A DNA stretch of 33,771 nt from Promethearchaeota archaeon (GTDB lineage Archaea; Asgardarchaeota; Lokiarchaeia; Sigyniarchaeales; SOKP01). Both the position numbers and the translations under genes were made by a program. Positions 29,174-33,771 of this stretch are shown one piece after another (positions within the stretch are counted from its first letter, which is position 1; each line of letters begins with the position of its first letter). The DNA lies in the NCBI GenBank assembly GCA_018238625.1, contig JABCSY010000044.1, positions 1 through 33,771 of the forward strand, written 5' to 3'. Below the pieces are notes generated by a model, which worked only from the letters and a program-made list of their open reading frames with translations, was not told the origin of the DNA and did not search any database.

Positions 29174-30022
29174 TTGGTGCTAATTATGAGTAATAAAGAA
29201 ACTAAAACAGAAGAGATGGAAAAATATGAAGAAGAAACAGGAAAAAAAGCTATTTGGCGAGGAATTATCACTGATGGTTTTAAAAAATGGCAAAAAGGAG
29301 AAAAAGTCTACATTGAGGATAAAGAAAGAATAAATGTTTTAATTTCGGAAGAAAGAAAGAATAATTGGTTGGAATTTACCAAAGAAAACGATATAGCTAC
29401 TATTTCTAAGTTAGTAAGAGCATCTGTCGAATTTTATATGGATTCAAAATCAAAAACTGATCAAATAAACGAATTCTTAAACTCTTCTCATCATTTAAAA
29501 GAAGAATTAAGTTCTATTAAAGGATTTTCTCAAATGCTAATGGAAGAATACAAAGATGAGTTAAGTTGGGATGTGTTATTAAAGATTAAAGAGATTTTCG
29601 ATAAAAGCATAAATATTGAAAACATTATTAACAATATTTTAAATGTAGATTATATTGAAAAAGAAAAATATGATGTCTTGATAGTTGATGACGACGATTC
29701 TACCATTTTTCTAATATCAGAATTTTTTAAGAAGAAAGGTTATTCTTATAGAGAAACTGCTTTAGGAAATCGAGCACTTGAAATATTACAAAAATCAATT
29801 CCAAAATTAATCTTATTAGATGTACTTTTACCTGATAGCAGTGGATATGATATATGCAAGATAATTAAAACTAATAAAAAATTAAAAAATATTCCTGTTT
29901 TTTACATAACTGCCGTACCGGAAACTGAAGTCTACGAGAAAACAAAAGAATCAGGGGCAAATGGCTACTTTTTAAAACCATTTGATATGTTAAAATTTAA
30001 ACCTTTATTGGAGTATTTATAA
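29174..30022 (+). CDS. response regulator with RHH-like and HisKA-like N-terminal domains (start likely ATG 29186)
   Basis: ERINVLISEE...W....ISKLVRASVEFY (RHH-like); SHHLKEELSSIKGFSQML (H-box-like); REC VLIVDDD, LILLDVLLP, YITA, KPF. Confidence 0.85.
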   Translation: MVLIMSNKETKTEEMEKYEEETGKKAIWRGIITDGFKKWQKGEKVYIEDKERINVLISEERKNNWLEFTKENDIATISKLVRASVEFYMDSKSKTDQINEFLNSSHHLKEELSSIKGFSQMLMEEYKDELSWDVLLKIKEIFDKSINIENIINNILNVDYIEKEKYDVLIVDDDDSTIFLISEFFKKKGYSYRETALGNRALEILQKSIPKLILLDVLLPDSSGYDICKIIKTNKKLKNIPVFYITAVPETEVYEKTKESGANGYFLKPFDMLKFKPLLEYL

Positions 30023-30082
30023 ATAAACTTTTCACTTACAAACAAATAAAATAAATAAAAAATAAAATCAAAAGGAATTTGA

Positions 30083-31525
30083 ATGATTTTTCAAATATTT
30101 GTTAATGATCCAGATTTTGTAGGATTTATGGATATACTCCTTGTAATAGCATTTATTATAGGAATTTGTATTACTCTTACAATTTTTCTAAGAAAAAGAA
30201 CATCCTCAAACCTTATACAAGTTATATTAATGGTTATCGGCTTCATACTCTCTCTATTTGAAGCCTTTGGACTTTCTATATTTTGGGGGAGAATAAGTGC
30301 TGTCATAATCTCAATCCTATCTGTCTTTTATATAATAAAGAAATCAAAACAAAAATTACAAAGATTAAACAGAGAATTAGAACAAAAAGTAGAAGAAAGA
30401 ACTCAAGAACTTAAAGAATCTGAAAAAAATTATCGTACTCTCGTAAATAATGTTATTGACGTAATCTTTGAAATAAATTTAGAAGGGAAATTTACTTATA
30501 TTAGCCCTCAAGTGAAGACTCTTTTCGGTTATCAACCAGAAGAAATGATTGATTACAAAATATATAATTTTATTCATCAAGAAGATTTAATGAATGTAAA
30601 AAAAGCTTTTAGAAACGATACTGATACGGGATTAAACCTATATATAGAGTGTAGGATGTCTATTATTGATGGTAATTATATTTTGGTTTCTGTGAGAGGA
30701 AGTTTAGTAAAGAAAGATAATATCGTTAAAATAGTAGGTGTAATAAGAGATATTACAGAACAGAAGAAAGCTGAGAATATGATTAGAGAACAAATTGAAA
30801 AATTAAAAGAGATCGATCAAATTAAAAGTGACCTTATAAGAAGAGCTTCCCACGAATTAAAAACTCCATTAATTGGCGTTTTGAGTTCTTCCCAATATCT
30901 TTTAGAATCTTGCAATGAAGAAATGAGCGAGAATGTTATTAAATTTGTTAAAAGAATATACAGAGGCGGGGATAGGTTAAAAAAGTTAACAAATAATTTA
31001 GTTGATGCTTTTGATATAGAATCTAAAGGATTGATATTGAAAAAAGAAAAAGTAGATATTGTGAAAGTTATAAAAGATTGTGCTAATGATTTAATCTTTT
31101 TATTAAAGGAAAGACAGCTTCTTTTAAAGAATGATCTAATAGGAAGTTACTACATAGAAGTAGATGAGATAAGAATTGAGCAAGTGATTTTAAATCTTTT
31201 ATCAAATGCTATAAAAAATACACCTCCAAATGGGATTATTTATATTAACTTAGAAAAAGATGAGGATTTTGTTGATATAATTATCAGAGATACAGGTGTT
31301 GGCTTTACTGAAGATGAAAAAGAGCTAATCTTTAAAAAGTTTGGAAAAATTGAGAGAACTATTTTAGGTAAAGACGTAAATATTGAAGGATCTGGTCTTG
31401 GACTTTTTATTTCAAAAGAAATTGTAGATTTGCATGGAGGAAAAATAATTTTAGAATCAGAAGGAAGAAATAAGGGGTCTTCTTTTGTTATAAAACTTCC
31501 CAATATAAAAAGAAATAGAAATTAG
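30083..31525 (+). CDS. membrane PAS-domain sensor histidine kinase
   Basis: N-terminal TMs, LEQKVEERT coil, PAS (FGYQPEEM..IH.ED..RDITEQK), SHELKTPL, NLLSNAIK, DTGVG, GSGLGL. Confidence 0.95.
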   Translation: MIFQIFVNDPDFVGFMDILLVIAFIIGICITLTIFLRKRTSSNLIQVILMVIGFILSLFEAFGLSIFWGRISAVIISILSVFYIIKKSKQKLQRLNRELEQKVEERTQELKESEKNYRTLVNNVIDVIFEINLEGKFTYISPQVKTLFGYQPEEMIDYKIYNFIHQEDLMNVKKAFRNDTDTGLNLYIECRMSIIDGNYILVSVRGSLVKKDNIVKIVGVIRDITEQKKAENMIREQIEKLKEIDQIKSDLIRRASHELKTPLIGVLSSSQYLLESCNEEMSENVIKFVKRIYRGGDRLKKLTNNLVDAFDIESKGLILKKEKVDIVKVIKDCANDLIFLLKERQLLLKNDLIGSYYIEVDEIRIEQVILNLLSNAIKNTPPNGIIYINLEKDEDFVDIIIRDTGVGFTEDEKELIFKKFGKIERTILGKDVNIEGSGLGLFISKEIVDLHGGKIILESEGRNKGSSFVIKLPNIKRNRN

Positions 31526-31570
31526 TATGAATAACAAAAGATTTTTTTAACCATTATTTTCACTCAATTA

Positions 31571-32233
31571 TCAGCTTTTTGTTCTTTTTCTATTAATAGC
31601 AATATATACGCTTCCCAAAACTATTCCTGCTGTAATTAGAATTGAGACGAATAAAGCATACCCTAAAATGCCGAGTGCATTGATATCTAGAAAGAAATAT
31701 AAATAATTGCCGGTAAATGTGCCATGTATAAAAATAAACACTAAATAACATAATGGATATATGATCCAATAGGGTAAGTAGTTCCATTTATATCTCAATT
31801 TAGTTTCAGTTAATATCCAATCGACTATAAATGCGATTGGGGTAATGTAGTGCAAAACAAGATTACTGAATGCTGCAAATCCAGTGGGTTGGTAAAAAGG
31901 GGCCAATAGAACTGCAAAGAAAATAAAAGTTATTGTGATATAGAGAGTAAAAGCGCCTTTGAGAGGTCCTGAAATTTTTTCAAGAGTTTCTGGTTTGTTA
32001 TGCCATAGAATTGCTAATGTAAGCCATATAGTAACTATCAAGTTTGTTTGCATGGTGAATGCTTTAAAGACATTAAACCATTCGAGAATTGGGCCATAAT
32101 ACAGGGCGTAATTAACTGCGCTAGCTATTAAAGTAAACCAGCTTAGTCCCGCAAAAAGTATACGGTAGATTAAAACAGTATTACTTGAAAGAGATATGTT
32201 TTTCATTTTTAGGTCTATCCATTTAATATTCAA
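31571..32233 (-). CDS. Pr6Pr / FAR-17a-AIG1-like membrane protein
   Basis: FT.QTN, LHYITP...DW, W..YP..Y, G...Y.YFFLD pattern, 6 TMs. Confidence 0.75.
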   Translation of the reverse strand: MNIKWIDLKMKNISLSSNTVLIYRILFAGLSWFTLIASAVNYALYYGPILEWFNVFKAFTMQTNLIVTIWLTLAILWHNKPETLEKISGPLKGAFTLYITITFIFFAVLLAPFYQPTGFAAFSNLVLHYITPIAFIVDWILTETKLRYKWNYLPYWIIYPLCYLVFIFIHGTFTGNYLYFFLDINALGILGYALFVSILITAGIVLGSVYIAINRKRTKS

Positions 32234-32292
32234 TATATCATTTAAGGGGCGATTATAATTAAAACTATTACTTTTCTATCCATCAATCTATC

Positions 32293-32337
32293 GATCCTTC
32301 AAGTTATCATAGTAGACTCTAAATTTTTGCTTAAAAT
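32293..32337 (+). repeat. ~45-bp intergenic repeat, copy 2 (upstream of MNT-HEPN)
   Basis: GATCCTTCAAGTTATCATAGTAGACTCTAAATTTTTGCTTAAAAT; same orientation as 25057-25100. Confidence 0.85.
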
Positions 32338-32395
32338 ATATAAGCATATATGTTTATTTGTATTATGAGATTTTAAGTATATTTTTGATAAATTT

Positions 32396-32758
32396 GTGAA
32401 TGTTTTGTCTTCCCTTAATGAAATTTTAAAGAGAATAGTCGCTCGGAAAAAATTATTACGAAGCTCATTAGATTCGTTAGTAATTCAGTTAAAAGATATT
32501 GGGGCAATTAAAATTGTTTTATTCGGTTCTTTTGCGCGAGATGAAGTTGATATTAATAGCGATATAGATTTATTTGTTATTATGCCACCGAATCGCTCGG
32601 GTAGAGAATGGACCAATTTAATATATGAGAAAATAGAAAGAAAAACATCTTCAGATATCATTGTTTTTAATCTAAACGAATATCATAAAGAATTATCTTC
32701 AAATTTATTTCTATCTAATATTAAAAAAACGGGTATTATCTTGTATGAAAAGACCTGA
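32396..32758 (+). CDS. minimal nucleotidyltransferase (MNT) antitoxin
   Basis: IVLFGSFARDE....SDIDLFVI; overlaps HEPN gene. Confidence 0.9.
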   Translation: MNVLSSLNEILKRIVARKKLLRSSLDSLVIQLKDIGAIKIVLFGSFARDEVDINSDIDLFVIMPPNRSGREWTNLIYEKIERKTSSDIIVFNLNEYHKELSSNLFLSNIKKTGIILYEKT

Positions 32759-33161
32759 AAAAGAAGAAGCTATGCGATGGTTTACTCATGCCAAAGATGA
32801 ATTTATTGACGCTGACGAATTGAGAAAAAGGGGAAGGTTTTATCTCGCGTTATTTCATTTTCAGCAATCGGTAGATAAAGCAATTAAAGCATTTTTATAT
32901 TTAAATGTAAAATCTATTGAAGTATTTTTTACACATTCGATTAATGATCTTCTAAAGATTGCCATTGATATAGACACTGAATTTAATAAAGTTGTTTCAG
33001 TTAAAAAACTTGACCAGTATTATATTCCAACTCGTTATCCAAATGGGCTTCCAGGAGGTATTCCTTCAAGATATTACGATGATCCTAAAGAAGCAGAAGA
33101 TGCGATGTTACTCGCTAAAAAAGCCATTGAACTTATTGAAATGAAAATCAATCTAGAATAA
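32745..33161 (+). CDS. HEPN domain protein (MNT-HEPN TA)
   Basis: A.RW...A..., FHFQQSVDKAIKA, THSI..L, LD.YYIPTRYP. Confidence 0.9.
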   Translation: MKRPEKEEAMRWFTHAKDEFIDADELRKRGRFYLALFHFQQSVDKAIKAFLYLNVKSIEVFFTHSINDLLKIAIDIDTEFNKVVSVKKLDQYYIPTRYPNGLPGGIPSRYYDDPKEAEDAMLLAKKAIELIEMKINLE

Positions 33162-33188
33162 AACAAAACTCGAGGTTTCTTTTACTAT

Positions 33189-33770
33189 CTACTCAATACC
33201 AAGCAACTTTATTATTAAATTTGCCATAGAATAAGGATCGAGGCTTTTATCCATAACTAATCTGATATACTCGTCAATATCAGAGTTGGAACTTATTAAA
33301 CCTTCTACTTTTTTGGTGATTTTATGCTTTAGAATTTGAAGCGTTTCGCTTTTTATTCGATTTACTTGATAATTTTCTATAATTCCTGATTCTTCTAAGA
33401 ATTTTTTGTGCTCTTCAATTAGCTCAATTGCTTCTTCAAAATTTTCGCTTGTTTTCGAATTAACTTTTACGATTTTGGGAGTCCATTTCACTATTTTTGC
33501 GTAATTTTCATCAATGTTATTGGATTTATACTTATAGTTCATATCTAATTCTAACATCTGAGTAATTTCAGCAACTTTTTTGTCAGCCCCAGATAGATCC
33601 ATCTTGTTTACAACAAAAACATCCGTGATTTCCATGATTCCAGCTTTAATAGCTTGAATATCGTCTCCCATGCCAGGAACTAAGAGTACAACAACAGTAT
33701 GAGCCGATTTAAATATGTCTACTTCTGATTGTCCTACTCCAACGGTTTCAACAATAACTACATCACATCC
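33189..33770 (-). CDS. meaB: MeaB/ArgK GTPase (methylmalonyl-CoA mutase chaperone), partial, runs off window end
   Basis: Frame extends upstream of the listed ATG: GCDVVIVETVGVGQSEVDI...PGMGDDIQAIKAGIMEI.DVFVVNKMD. Confidence 0.93.
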   Translation of the reverse strand, partial: GCDVVIVETVGVGQSEVDIFKSAHTVVVLLVPGMGDDIQAIKAGIMEITDVFVVNKMDLSGADKKVAEITQMLELDMNYKYKSNNIDENYAKIVKWTPKIVKVNSKTSENFEEAIELIEEHKKFLEESGIIENYQVNRIKSETLQILKHKITKKVEGLISSNSDIDEYIRLVMDKSLDPYSMANLIIKLLGIE

Positions 33771-33771
33771 G

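Noticed and set aside
25057-32337. CRISPR array or composite transposon defined by the repeats
   Set aside because: Only two copies 7.2 kb apart, with no spacers, cas genes, transposase or integrase in the window

Overview
AT-rich archaeal chromosomal segment, most likely from an Asgard archaeon (Lokiarchaeia/Promethearchaeia). This is inferred from an archaeal type-A RNase P RNA, a Loki-CTERM-like IPGY-TM-basic tail on a large beta-helix surface protein, oligo-T terminators and the gene content. Housekeeping and metabolic genes include a glycyl-radical activase, a sulfatase, two nitronate-monooxygenase/FabK-like genes, a K+-independent membrane pyrophosphatase, an MFS transporter, dnaK-dnaJ with a divergently transcribed grpE, a GT-C-like membrane protein, an ABC exporter, a two-component pair and partial meaB. 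Features missing from the ORF track are the RNase P RNA (14761-15089, with a covarying non-canonical P4), a 34-aa rubredoxin-like protein, a ParE/RelE-type toxin-antitoxin pair in which one G>A change appears to remove the toxin start and truncate the antitoxin, a Doc-like toxin remnant, a tRNA 3'-end fragment, and a ~45-bp repeat found upstream of two unrelated TA cassettes. The best candidates for undescribed biology are the repeat/tRNA-fragment-bounded TA cassettes, an SPFH + degenerate HPS-like barrel operon, and an RHH-HisKA-like-REC regulator. All family assignments are from motif recognition by eye; no database searches were run.
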